A stretch of DNA of 64,000 bases from Lama glama (taxonomy: Eukaryota): NCBI GenBank assembly GCA_028534125.1, contig CM052818.1, positions 31,064,001-31,128,000 of the forward strand. The letters are read 5' to 3'. Numbering within the stretch: position 1 is the stretch's first letter; each line of letters begins with the position of its first letter. Position numbers and translations under genes: made by a program. Shown here one piece after another: positions 1 to 11,895 of this stretch. The notes below the pieces were generated by a model, which saw nothing but the letters and a program-made list of their open reading frames with translations, searched no databases and had not been told where the DNA came from.

Positions 1-764
1 TGTGTGTTCAGCCTCGTTTCCAGACAGATCGGAAGTCTCCCATTGAGGCCTATTGTCCAGTGGGCCCTGGCAAATGGCCCGCAGGTAGCCCTGCCATCAA
101 ACCTGGGTCCTTCTCTCCCCTCCCCACAGGCTAAGGAATTCTCTGGGCCCAGGACCAGCGTCTGCTTTCTACATCACACGCCAAATTTGTGGGACCCCAG
201 AACCCACCACCCAAATGACCCAAGCCTGGTTTCAGGACCTGTGTGGATCTCTGTCTCCGGGTCTGTTCCAGAGGTTGGACTGTGTCCCTAGTACACACAC
301 CTAGACCCTAAGGGGACCATTTATCAAGCTGGGAGACGCAGGCTGGGAGTTCACGGTGGGAGACAGAGGCAGGGGTGAGAAGAAAAGGGAGGCATCCCAG
401 GCTGGAAACCAGCGCCTGTGCGTCCCCTGGTCTGGTATGGAGTCTGCGGAGTGTGGGCCTCCGTTCACACTCTTGCCCCTGTTCCCATCAGTGTGAGGGG
501 AGGGGCCTGCTCTTTGGTCTGCCTCCTCCCCAGTGTGTGACCTTGGTTTCCCTTCTCACGGGCTGGTGCTGGGAACTGGCCCAGAGGAAGGATCTCTTGC
601 TAGCTCTCTCCTGCTGAGGAGGAGCTCATCTATACTTATAGTATTTACAACCTGGAAGAGGGTCTCAGAGACAGACATCTCCCATGATTGAACTTAAGTA
701 AAACGGCCCAGAACCAGCCGTGACTCCAGCAGCAGCAACAGAGCTATTGGAGAGGAGGCTGTAG

Positions 765-948
765 GGGCCACTTTCTAGTCCATGACTTAGGATAAGCTCT
801 CTGAACCTTGACCTTCATCATCAGTAAAATGGGGATAATAAGAATACCTACCTAATCAGATTCTTATGAAGGTGAAATTAACATGGGTAAAGCTCCCAGA
901 AGAGAGCCTGGCACATAGAAAGTGCTCAAGAAACATTAGTCGTCATTG
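765..948 (+). mobile_element. MIR SINE fragment
   Basis: MIR core and 3' tail: 'cttcatcatcagtaaaatggggataataagaatacctacct...gcctggcacatagaaagtgctcaagaaacattag'. Boundaries approximate. Confidence 0.85.
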
Positions 949-2625
949 GCCATATTGTCATGGCTCTCACGTGGCCTCTGTGTGTATAGGCTCTGTCAGC
1001 TTACCTTGGAAGAAGGCAAATGATATGTGTAGGTTGGTGATGTTCACAAAGCCAGAGGAATACATTTCACCATGTTTTCTTATATAAAATTTGGAGTAAA
1101 TATAGGTCTAGAACTAGATGGAAGAGAGTAAAGAACCTCTGTGTACCCATTCTCAGGCTTCAAGAATTCTCACTCCACTCCCCAGGGAGTACTTTCTGAT
1201 CTAGGTCTTCTCCTGACACCAGCAATTTGAAAAGGGACAGAAGAATCCACAGGCAGGACCCAGCACTAGGGGACCATGGCTTCCACCGGGCTAGTGGCCC
1301 CATCCAGGTGTGAGGGACAGGAAAAGACCCCAGATCAGGAGAGGCTGTGGTCAGCATCCAGGGGGTCTGGTGGGGGCAGCAGAAGGGCCCAGTCTGTGGG
1401 AGAGGAGGAGCAATCCAAGTAACAGGAGGACTTGGAAGGTGTCGGCAGAAATGGAGGTCAGGAGAAGACGTGGGGCCAGGAGGTGGCTGCCAGGAGCTGG
1501 GGAAGGTGTAGAACTAGGGCCAGATGAACACCGTGTCAGCTTACAGGACACGAGGTCCCAGAGCAGGGGTTGGCCAGCTGAGGAACCTTTATTTCATTCT
1601 TGAGCCAAGGAAAAGTGGCCAGTGAGTGGCCTGGTAGAGAGGTCAGCTGGACAGTAGGGGTGTTGTGGAAGAGGAGGGGTATAGCACCTAACAGGATCCT
1701 CTCTGTGGCTGCCCTCAGGGCATCTGACTCCCAAATCTTCCTTGCCCCACGATGAAGGCAAAGGACAGGTGTCCTTCCCGTTTCACAGCCTGGGAGACAC
1801 CTCTTGGAAGTGCTCTTTTGACAACTATCATGCCAGCACTCTCGCACCCTGATTTAAGAGCTGGGAAGTGGTGCTGGCTTCTTGAGCAGTTGATGGCTCT
1901 CTGATCTGCGGCACTCGGAGGAAACGTTCCTTGTTCCCTGTGATGAACCTCACAGAATGCCCTTTCTTTTTGCTGTCAGAAAGCTGCTTGTCCATCTGGT
2001 TTATCACCTTCTCTCTCTGCAGGAGCTCCAGGGCCAAATGATCTGTCCTCCAGGAGTGCTGGTGCCCATGCTCCCTCTTGGAATGACTTGACTTCTCATG
2101 ACCTTCTTCCTCTCCTCCCGCTCCTCTTCCACGCCCTCCCTTGGAACCCTTCCTCATTCCCTTTGTCCCTCCATCTGTCTCTTGCTGTAACTCCTGTGTT
2201 CTCAGGATTCCTTTTCAAAGAAGGGACATTATAAAGATAGCTAGGGCGTGACCTAGCTGGTAGCCACTTGAGATATCAAGTATAAGGAACAGACACCAAT
2301 CCAAATGGAGAAACCAAAGACCATGCAGGTTGGCCTGGGTGTCATTCAGTCTCCCCTCTAAAGCCTAGAATTGTTCCTTGCCTTCCTGAGGTGGCCTGCA
2401 TGTCCTTAGCCCATCCCCTTCATAGGGTGTGGGGACAAAGACTTCAGAGGCAGGTGACCCTGACTCTTGAGCATTTTCCAAGGTGACCTGTTGACAGTCG
2501 ATTCCTGCTAGGACCCCCAGTGCTTCGTACCAAGCTGTGCTAGTTGTCAGTGTGAGCAGAAGAGTATCCCACATGGTGGCTTCCAAGCATCCTGAGGTGA
2601 CCCTTCCTGGCGTCTTCCCCTCCAG

Positions 2626-2745
2626 ATCTGGGCCTTCACGTACACTCAGCAGATTGTCCAAGAGGAACTGTGCCTGTCAGTCATCACCGGGTTCCCGGGC
2701 GCCCCTGTGGTTCTTGCCCTTTGCAAGAATGGAGATGAGAAACAG
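2626..2745 (+). CDS. GALNT14: GALNT14 penultimate coding exon (polypeptide N-acetylgalactosaminyltransferase 14, ricin-B lectin domain)
   Basis: Acceptor cttcccctccag|, donor CAG|gtaagt, 120 bp, phase 0/0. Translates [40 protein letters not shown], matching recalled human GALNT14 [40 protein letters not shown]. Confidence 0.96.
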
Positions 2746-3944
2746 GTAAGTGCTCAGCGCATCCACCCTGGGACATGGCCACCTTCAATACCATGGCTGC
2801 CTGAGTAGGTCTAAGTCTCATGGGCAGAAAAAGAGAAAAGCTATAGAAGAGATGGTGATGGTAAGAAAGAGGTCCTTCTGGTTAGCAGAGGGAGGGAAGG
2901 GCTCCTCTGATACATCCGTGGTGCCCACAGCAGTGTTCAGCTGCCACGTGAAAGCCTGCTGACCTCATCGGACCTCACCTTGCATGTGTATCTGTGCTCC
3001 GACACCCACCCAGGATCCCAGAGCAGGAGAGTCCTGGGACCAGCCTTCAGGGCCACAGGGATGAGCAAGAGTCAACCTTTGCCTTTGAGGGGAGCCGTGG
3101 GCTCTGGTGGGACATCCACCAAAATTCATAGCACTCTAGACACACTACATGCCAAGTTCCTCTAGCAGCAAGGTGTTGGCTCCACTCAATTTCCTACCAA
3201 CTGGATTCTGGTGTTAGACTGAGATTCAAATGCCCATGGTATGGCTCACTGGCTGTGTGACCTTTGGCAGGTTACTGGACCTCTCTGGGCTTCAGTTTTC
3301 TCCTCTGTGTTAGGTTGATGATGCCCATCATACAGGGTAACTGTTAGAGCAATTAGCTGAGATGGCCCATGGTACCTGGTCAGTGGTGATTCCAGTGTGT
3401 GTCCACCCCCTCCCTCCTTGTCATGGGAAGTGAAGTCCACTGTCAGCAGCATGAGACCCCCTCTCTGCTTAGGCCCTGGTGTGCTGGAACACTTGGGACG
3501 AGCAGCGGTTCAGGCATCGGGTGCCACCCAGGAGCCCCCCGCCCTTGGCATCGCCGTCCCCCAGCTTTCTCCCACTTCTTCCTGACAGTGCAGACACCAT
3601 GTGTGGATCATTTCTTTAGCTGCTCCTGTGACTAACTCACTTCACATTTTCTGGCCTATTGCTTGGAAAGTTATTGCCGTCTAATGGGTTTTCCTAGCAA
3701 ACACTGATTTTGCTTTTACTTTTTTATCCAATGGAAAAAAAACAAACAAACCAAGAACAATACCTGGCAAAGCAATTAGTTGCAATTTTCTTCCTCCATG
3801 AGACCATGAAGTCAAGTCTCTGGATGCCCCTAGCCATATGGTGTAAATGTTTCTGATTATGCTGGAGCGCCCAATATTATTGATAGGACCTGGGGCCTTG
3901 GCCAGAGAATTCTGGCTCATCCTCTCTCCTCTCCATCTTCCCAG
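2746..3944 (+). other. GALNT14: GALNT14 last intron (1199 bp, GT-AG)
   Basis: Starts gtaagt. Ends with the polypyrimidine tract cctctctcctctccatcttcccag. Joins the two exons in frame. Confidence 0.93.
3200..3385 (+). mobile_element. MIR SINE fragment (intronic)
   Basis: 'ctcactggctgtgtgacctttggcaggttactggacctctctgggcttcagttttctcctctgt' is the MIR core. Confidence 0.85.
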
Positions 3945-4103
3945 CAATGGACCAAGACTGGTTCCCGCATTGAGCACGTGGCATTCCACCTCTGCCTCGA
4001 CACAGACATGTTTGGTGATGGCACTGAAAACGGCAGGGAAATCGTTGTCAACCCGTGTGAGTCCTCACTTATGAGCCAGCACTGGGACATGATGAGCTCT
4101 TGA
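3945..4103 (+). CDS. GALNT14: GALNT14 terminal coding exon (52 aa plus TGA)
   Basis: Translates [52 protein letters not shown]. Has ricin-repeat CLD and QxW motifs and matches the recalled GALNT14 C-terminus. Stop TGA at 4101-4103. Confidence 0.96.
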   Translation, partial: QWTKTGSRIEHVAFHLCLDTDMFGDGTENGREIVVNPCESSLMSQHWDMMSS

Positions 4104-4492
4104 AGACCCAGGAACCAGTGGGGGCTGTGGGGTGGCACGTCCCTGGAGAAGCAGCAGGCTGGAAATCAGGCTGCATGCAGCCCATTGTCACCACAGACAC
4201 CCTGAACTGGGAGGCAGAGGCTGTCTCAGGGAGGATGTAGGAAGAGCTTGCAAGCCAAGTGGAACTCAGAGACAGATCCCGCGTGTTCTCAATGCTGTTA
4301 AGTTCCAGTCCTGGCCCAGTCTGTCCCCGACTGGTACCTGGAGACAGCAATCTGAGGGGAAGTGTCAATGTTGTTCCCTTCCTTACAAAAGAAGCTAGAG
4401 AGGAAAGTCTACCTTGTCACTAGGCCAGGACTCAGTTGAGAGGTGAAGAATGAAGTCGTTTCCAAAGCAAATAAAGGAACCTTAGAAGCTTT
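4104..4492 (+). other. GALNT14: GALNT14 3' UTR (cleavage site approximate)
   Basis: Lies between the stop codon and the first AATAAA with its downstream U/GU-rich element. Confidence 0.75.
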
Positions 4493-4520
4493 CTCTGTGT
4501 ATCTCTTACTTTGTTTCTAC
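4470..4520 (+). terminator. GALNT14: Polyadenylation signal AATAAA (4470-4475) with downstream GU/U-rich element
   Basis: AATAAA is followed ~15 nt later by tttctctgtgtatctcttactttgtttct. Confidence 0.8.
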
Positions 4521-4629
4521 TTCTGTCAGCTCAGAGCTCGGCTCAGTTCTCTTTCAATAGGGGCATCGAGGTGGTGGGGTCCTTTGGCAGGTGGACAAGG
4601 AAGAGGACAGGGAGATGGGAAACCTATGT

Positions 4630-4720
4630 CCTGACCCTGAGCTGCCATCGACAGGCTGTGTGACCTTAAAAGAACATTTAACTTTTGTGATCTTTCATTT
4701 CCTGTGATGTCAAGTAGGGG
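4630..4720 (+). mobile_element. MIR fragment
   Basis: 'ggctgtgtgaccttaaaagaacatttaacttttgtgatctttcatttcct' is a degenerate MIR core. Confidence 0.6.
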
Positions 4721-5069
4721 AGTCAGGGCACAGCAGTGGTTTTACCCAGGGATACGCAGCCCATCTCATCCAGGAGCCCCTAGCTCCCCCTGTGGAGACC
4801 CCCCGTGCAGTAGGTCCACAGTAGGACCCAGGCTCCTCCCTGGTTACAGTTGCCATCCTTTTTCTCTCTGTGGGCCTGTATAGCTTTATAGTCTGCAGTC
4901 ATTGATGTGCAAGTTTCTTCTCTAACAGATCCCCAGTGTGTTCTGAGAGTGGGGTACTGTGGTTGTCCATTCATAATCACTAGAGTTTAAGAAAAGAACT
5001 AACCCATGTTGTTTAAAAGTTCCCAAAATATTCTCAGCCAAGGTAAGTTCACCACATGCTGATAAGTAA

Positions 5070-5700
5070 TGGTCTTAGCTGTGTGCCGCTGAGTAACAAA
5101 TAACCCCAAAATTTGGCAGCTTAAAGCAGCACACCTTTGCTATCTCCTGGTTTCTATGAGGCACGGCCTCACTGGGTGCCCGGCTTCAGGGTGACTTTAA
5201 AGTCTGCAATCAAGATTGCAGTGGTTGTTGGTAGGACTTGGTTCTTCACAGGCTGTTGGCCAGAAGCTTCCCTCCGTTCCTTGCCATATAGGCCTCTCCA
5301 ACCCCACAACCCCTTTCATCAAAGCAAGCCAGCCGGGAAGGCACACGTGCCAGCAAAACGGAAGTCACAGTTCTTTCCAGCCTCTATCCGTCCCTGAATA
5401 TGGGAAAGGCAGTGGAATTCAAAAACATAGCAAGAGCATCCGCGGCAGCCTGACCAGCACTCCAGAAAGGGGTAGTGATGAGGACCTTGAGCCACTGCTA
5501 CAAGACAGTGGCATCTGGGAGCTCTCTTCCTTCAAGAAGCCTGGGAATCAGTGCACTGAGTTACCTCCCATCACTTTGGGCACATTCTGTTTGAGAGAAG
5601 CAAGTCCCTGGGCACAGCCACACTCAAGGGGAGAGGACGACATGAGAGAGCTGAAGCCAGAAGTGGGGGTCACTGGGAGCCATTTTAGAATCCATCTCCG
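5070..5700 (-). mobile_element. MLT1-family (ERVL-MaLR) solo LTR, interrupted at ~5390-5558
   Basis: MLT1 hallmarks 'gtaacaaataaccccaaaatttggcagcttaaagcagca' and 'cccatcactttgggcacattctgtttgagagaagcaagtc...cacactcaagggga'. Confidence 0.75.
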
Positions 5701-8700
5701 ATCTTCTACCTGAAACAGGTGTCTGTCTCCCCTGCACCCAGAAAGACTTCAGGAATGGGGCATGTTCAAGCTCACTGTTACACAGTCCATGGCCATGGAC
5801 TCCTGCAGACGCGGGAAGAGAAGGCTGCATGCGCGTTCCCAGCATCTCCCCAGCAGTGGTCTCTGTGCAGTCCTCCTCTTGCCTTATTTACTTACAACCT
5901 GCCTCTTTTGTTGGGCTGTTTCCCTCCCCACTGTGAAAAGGAAAGGAAGCGTGTAATGTATAAAGACATCTGTGGAAGATGTTCTGTTGGCTCCTGAAGG
6001 CTGTGTGTCCACGGGATTTAAACCAGTCTTGCAGAGACGAACAGATGGTTTCACCAGCGCCCTCTCCCCTAACTAGGGGAATCAGACACTGCACTGACAT
6101 AACTAAAGGAGCAGGGATTGTCCTCCTCTGTCTGTTTGTCTCCCTCTGTTTCTGTGCCTGTCGGGCAGTTCCCTGGGGGCAAGATAAAGTGATGTTACTT
6201 ATTTACTGCCCCTTTAAATCACAGGGTGCAGGTGGCCATAGATCTCTCTTGAACACCCAAGGAAGTGGGGTAACAGGAATGGAGGCCTCAGCCCCAGAGG
6301 GACAAACGTTATTTTTAATCTCAGCTGCTTTGATGTGGCAGAAAAGCTAACGCTCAGTGATCTCGCTGACCTGCCTCTTCCTAGTGGAAGCCCTTGGGAC
6401 TACAACGAAGACTCTCTGTGAAGGACGTGGGGGTAATCTGCTCATGGAGATACCGAAGGTTCACATGCGAGCTGCAGGGTGTGCATCTTAAGGCCTCCTT
6501 AGTGGAAAACAGAAGTTAATGCAAATAGGGATCACATAACTGCGTAGGGTTCTCCAGGCACCCTCTCACCATTAAACTGATGGTGATGAAGCCAAGGCAA
6601 GAGCAATTTGTGATTTAAAAGCAAGAATAGCAGCAGTTCCACAGCTCCACCAATTCAAGACAAAGCTGATGATCCCTGGGCGAAGAGCAACCTGCTCCAG
6701 CTTGAGATGCCTGCATCCTGCAGTCGTGCCTCTGAGCAGCAGTGGCCAAGCGTTGCCTAGAGGTCATGTCTTTTGGCGAATGCTGCATTAGAGTCCTTGG
6801 TCAACTGTGATCATTGAGTTTGAATACCAGATTTCAGGAACCTGAAACATCCACTTCGGAGGCCACTGGTAGTTGTGGGTGAGAGTGAAAGCTTGTCAAT
6901 AATGTCAGCGTATGAAAATAAAAAAAGGACCTACACTTTTCATATTTTATGGGCTTGTGAGATTGAGACCCCAAACCGAGCTTGGAGAGTCCCCACTCCA
7001 GGGTAGCCTCATCACACTGCCAGGGGAGTAGGTGGCCAGGTGTGGCCGCAACCCATCAGCAGGGATCACATCTGGCTAGGTGTGAACAGTATACGTTTCT
7101 CAGTGTCTAATTGATGTGATGTGCAAATTAAATGAAGGGAATTTATACATGCATTATATACACTCATGAACTGGAAAAAAAGAGAGGGCTTCAGGCACTC
7201 TCCAGCGGCTGGATAGAGTCGGAGGGATAACGGTGTTGAGTGGATGGGCCAAGCTGGCTGCCATATTGGATCTGAGACTCACTCTCTTGGCTGTTTCTTT
7301 TCTTATGTGCTGTGTGATTTCTCTGTGTGAGCTCATATTCAGCGGGAGTTATTTCCTCCAGGTTGTGGAGGCATGCCTTGGGAAAGGTTGAAGTTTGCCT
7401 CCATTGGGTTCCATTGTGTTCAAACCAGTTTGTACACTGACTTTTCCAATTGTAGTCTGCACACTGTGAAAATGCTATGAATCCAGACCCTACAGCCATG
7501 GTGGCACAAGCTTGGATTTTGATCCTTCACAGATTATCCTTTCTCTACCCAAATTGTTGTCCCGCTTCCCTTGTGGTCACCACTTACCCAGCTGGTAGGT
7601 GGGGTTTGTTGAGCCTTTCTAAGCACCCAACTAAATGTAGGGTCTCCTATCTGGCCCTAGCCACTCACGATGTGGTGGTCTCCATGTCTGCTGCCACTTG
7701 GGTGTTGAAACCACAGCCCTGATTGTACACATCTGGCTTCAGTTCCCCTCCAATGCTCATTCACAATGCTGGCTTTGAATTCCTATTCATTTCTGGAATC
7801 TGGAATTTTTCTTTCCTTCCTTTCAAATGCAGCTGTGATTTCAAATCATTTTATTATATTTTACCCCATACTGATGTGTGTTTATGGGAGGGGTCTTCCC
7901 GGGTCAGCTCAGACCAGAATTCCTTAGTGCTGTAATTAGCTGTCACCACTGTCTTTCCCACTGGCTCTGGGACCATATCAGTGAGTGAGAGAACAATCCT
8001 GTGATTCTTTAGTACCGCTTCCTAATTATCTCCCAGCTCTAGCTATCAGACATTAGAGTCTGAAAAAGACAGCAAAGGCAGAAATGGAGAACGGGGAAGA
8101 CAAATTGATAACAATGACATCCTGTTATAATACACACAGATTTAGGGATCATGAATATTTTACTTCATAATGACAGAGTTTAATACTGAAAGTGCTCACT
8201 GGAATGAACTATCAGTCATGGACGTCTTTAATACTGCAATCGAGCCTGGCAAGAGAGATTGTTCTCAGAAACGCCGAGGGATGGTGATGGGAGGTTAGAG
8301 GGGAGCACTTGCATCTCCTCTGCAAGTATCTCAGGCAGATTCCCTGGCACCTGGCAACCAGAGTCCTGGCCGGCCTTCAGGGAGAAGCTCACCTTTTACC
8401 TGTGTTTACCTGTGGCAGAGTTAAGCCTCCTTCCTTGCCCTATTCCACACATTTGCTCCTGGGGAGACAGCACCCTGACCTATCTGTTCCTTTGGCACCT
8501 GACAAGACCTGGAGCAGCATCTGGCACGCAGAGGGATTGCGTGAGAACTCTAGCAGCTGTGCTCTCATGGTGGCCTTGTCGCACACGATGGGTGGGATCC
8601 TCTTCTCCCCAGCAGGCAGAGCCAACCTCTCAAGCTCCCCGGTGGTCTAAGGTCTCAGGCAGCCCAACTTGGATTAGCAAAATCCAAAGCTCCAAGCGCT

Positions 8701-9869
8701 TTCCCATTTGCCATGGAACCGGCTAATTTAATGAAGCCGTCACAGTGCAAACCTCAGGGCTTATTGGAAAAGGACTAGAGCACGACATTATTTCACAGCA
8801 GTAGATTGCATCATTTTCATTTCACAGCTTTCCAATGGGAAATAATAAAACAAAATTACAAACATAATGAAGAAAGAGAGGAGGGGAAAAAAAAAAGCCT
8901 TGGGTGAGAGATGCATCCTCTGTGCTGTGACAGGGCTGGTTACCTTCTTCAGTGGAGCCAGTAAATATTCCCTGGCTTCGCTCACAGGACTGAGAGCAGC
9001 CTAGGATGCTTCACCTGCTGCTGAAGATAACAGGCTGCAATAACTCACTGCCCAGCGCAACAGGGAGCCCTGAGCACCCAGCAGGAGGCTCGCCAGAAGT
9101 CTGTCTGAGAAGTTCCAGCCTCCGAAGCACAGCCCTCCCTGGGCCGGCCACAGCGCTGGGGCTAAGGGCTGCCCTTGGTGATGGCCTGGCAAGCTGTTGG
9201 GGCGTCAGGGTGCTCTGCATCTCCCTTCCCTCCAGAAGGCAAAGTGGCTTCACCAGTGGGGCTTCATTTATCCCTAGGATGGAGGAGAGAAGAGGTCCCT
9301 TCCCCCAAAGGAGCTGACAGCCAGGGACTAAATAGGAGTCACAGAGAGACACAGCTCTTTCCAAAGCTGCTCTCATTTATAGATAGCGCTGAGGTGTAGG
9401 ATCGGGGAGGTAACCAGCTCAGCAGGACATTTTTTTCCATTCTGCCGTCTGTCCTGAGCTTGAGGAGATGCCCCAGGTCTGTCTGCACAGCCAGGAGACT
9501 GAATACCTTCATTCCACCCAGGCCCAAATTCCTCCTACCGCCCCTGCCTGGTACTGAAAGTAACTTTCTCCTCATTTAGTGGAGGGGTTTGAGGTCTCCT
9601 GGAACGAACTCCCTCCTCTTTCTCCCAGCAGCTGGGCTGCTGCCTCTCTCTCCTCCTCCCCTCCCCCACCCTCCTCCCCACACTGCTCGCCTGTGCCTTG
9701 ATTCTCCTCCTCCCTTCTTGCTCCTTCAGTAATGCCTCCCTGCCCTGCCCCTGCTGCCTCCTCCCCATTAACTGAATGGTGTCCCAGTTCCTCCTACCTG
9801 ACAAAAAAGCCTACTCTGAGCCTGGTCTCCCCTTTTTCTTTGGCCAACATGCTCCTGTAAAGTGCAGTA

Positions 9870-10105
9870 GCTGGCCCCATGGACTTAGGTTCAGATCCTG
9901 GCTCTTCCAGTTCCTAGCTGTGTGACAAGGGGCAAATTACTCAACTTCTCTGAACTCAACTTTCTCCTCTCTGAATGGGGCTCATAGTTGTACTTATCTC
10001 ATATGTTTTTTGTGAGGTTAAATGAAACGACTCCTGTGATGTTCTCAGCACAGAGCCATACGTGTATTATGTCCAAAAGTGTGGGTTGTCCTTATCATTT
10101 TATTG
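9870..10105 (+). mobile_element. MIR SINE
   Basis: 'ggttcagatcctggctcttccagttcctagctgtgtgacaaggggcaaattactcaacttctctgaactcaac...tgtgaggttaaatga'. Confidence 0.85.
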
Positions 10106-10457
10106 TGAGGATTAAACATCAGTCTCCAGAGCAGAGGGCAGGGCCTGGGAGTGGTGAGGGCTGCCCCTCAGTCCTCAGAGGTCACTTAGAGGTCAGGGTA
10201 GGGCTGGGGACCCCCTGGGAGTTGCCTGCGCTTTGGTTCAGAGGGAAATGGCGAACCCCTCGCTGGTCTTGACCCTTCCTTGCCTGCGTTTTCAGCCATT
10301 TGCCTTACCTGGAGCTTCCTCAGCCTGTATGTTCATTCCTCCTGTGTGCACACTGATGGGGTCTGCCACCATGTATGCCACAGTCTGTGCGGAGCCCCGT
10401 GGGGAAGCCGTGTCGTTCAGTGTCAGTGTGTCATAGACAAGAACAGAGGACAGGCGT

Positions 10458-10503
10458 GCGAGTAACAGAGGCCTGGGCGAGTAACAGAGGCCTGTCCGAG
10501 TAA
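10458..10503. repeat. 19-bp tandem repeat, ~2.4 copies
   Basis: gcgagtaacagaggcctg at 10458-10475 and 10477-10494, then a partial copy ccgagtaa. Confidence 0.9.
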
Positions 10504-11089
10504 GCGCAGCCTGGCTGCGCATCCTCAGAAGCTCTCTCCTCCCTCGTGGGGCCGTCACACCACACCCCATCACCAGAAACATCACTAGCTCTGCTTCCTA
10601 CACTGTTTGAATCTTCTGTCTAACCTAAGAATTCAGCTCTCACACCTGAATTCTGCTTCTCTTCACTTGTCAACCTGCTTCTGTGTGATTCTCAGTTTTG
10701 GTGTTGCCCCAGACACTGTCAAAACACTGTGTCCAGCTCGGCCCCAGCACCCAGGGCCCTGGGCTTCTGCCTGCCTTTCAGTGGAGTCCCCTTCTCAGGG
10801 AGTGGGGTCTGATCTATCTCCCCAAACTGGCTTTATAGGACACTTGGTCCTGAGCAAGGGAATATGATGTTAAGGACCCAAAGCAGTTTAGACAGAACGT
10901 TGTATCAGAAAAGAGGGTCAAATAAAGAACTATGAGGTTCAAAGGAAGAAAAGACCCCATATGAGATGAGTTTGAAACATACAAATGTATGTGACACTTG
11001 AAAAGGATAGAGACGGGGACACACTCAGGTGATAAGAACAGCCTGAACAAAGGGACAGAAGCAGGAAATAATGGGCCTTTCTCAGAGAA

Positions 11090-11460
11090 CATGGAGCAGG
11101 TCAACCAGCCTGAGGTGTAGAAGACATGGAAGAAAGTGGGGGGTCAAATAGGGCAAGAGAGGGGGCCTTGAGTGCCAGGCAGAAGAAACTGAACTTAATT
11201 GGATAAGTAGTTGGGAGCTACTGAAGGTGTTAGAGCAAAGGAGTAACATCAACCAGAGTGTAAGTGGAGGAAGACGGATAGGATAACAGAGAGTTAAGAT
11301 GGTTTGGAGGTGAGATTCTGTGACAAGGGCCTGCCGGAGACTCCAGAAGTAGCCCAAGAAGATTATGAGGCCTGAACTATGTCAGCATCAGTCAGAGTGG
11401 ACAGGAGACAATGATTATGGGAGATGCTGGTGGCAGATGTGGGAGGAGAAGGAGGGTGAG
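11090..11460 (-). mobile_element. L2 LINE fragment
   Basis: Purine-rich L2 motifs 'ggccttgagtgccaggcagaag...tgggagctactgaaggtgttagagcaaaggagtaacat...gaggcctgaacta'. Confidence 0.7.
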
Positions 11461-11629
11461 GGGAGGGGATGGAGCAAGGCGGGGGAAGGGCCTTAATGCC
11501 AGATGGGTCCTATTCCGCCTGCTGAGCGACTGCCTTCGTGGGCCCACATTTAATTGTTCTATTTGAGGATTGGATAACCAGGCTTAAGCATTTAATCATA
11601 AAACATTTCAGACACACAAAAGAAGACTA

Positions 11630-11895
11630 GTAGCATAGCAACTACTTACGCAGAGCTTACGCTGCGCTTGGCATTGTTCTAAGAGTTTTAAAGAATTTAA
11701 CTTAGTCAATCCTCCTGATAATTGTAGCTGTATAATATCATACTAGCTATTACTAGCTCCATCTTACAAGTGAGTAACTCGAAAGCCAAGAAAGTTAATA
11801 AGTCGCTTGCCTAAAGTCAAGCAACTGGTAGTAGACGTGAGATTCAGGTCCCAGAAGTCCACTCCAGAGGTCTGGGTTCCCAACCACCAGGCTCT
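11630..11895 (-). mobile_element. MIR SINE
   Basis: Reverse MIR 'ccatcttacaagtgagtaactcgaaagccaagaaagttaataagtcgcttgcctaaagtca'. Confidence 0.8.

Noticed and set aside
1..2625. Upstream GALNT14 exons
   Set aside because: No frame matching the preceding lectin-domain sequence was found, so this appears to be intron.
7640..7900. Possible ancient L1/HAL1 5' fragment
   Set aside because: The resemblance is too faint to assign by eye.
9600..9770. Long C/T-rich tract as a promoter or splice acceptor
   Set aside because: Low complexity, no CpG island and no downstream exon evident.
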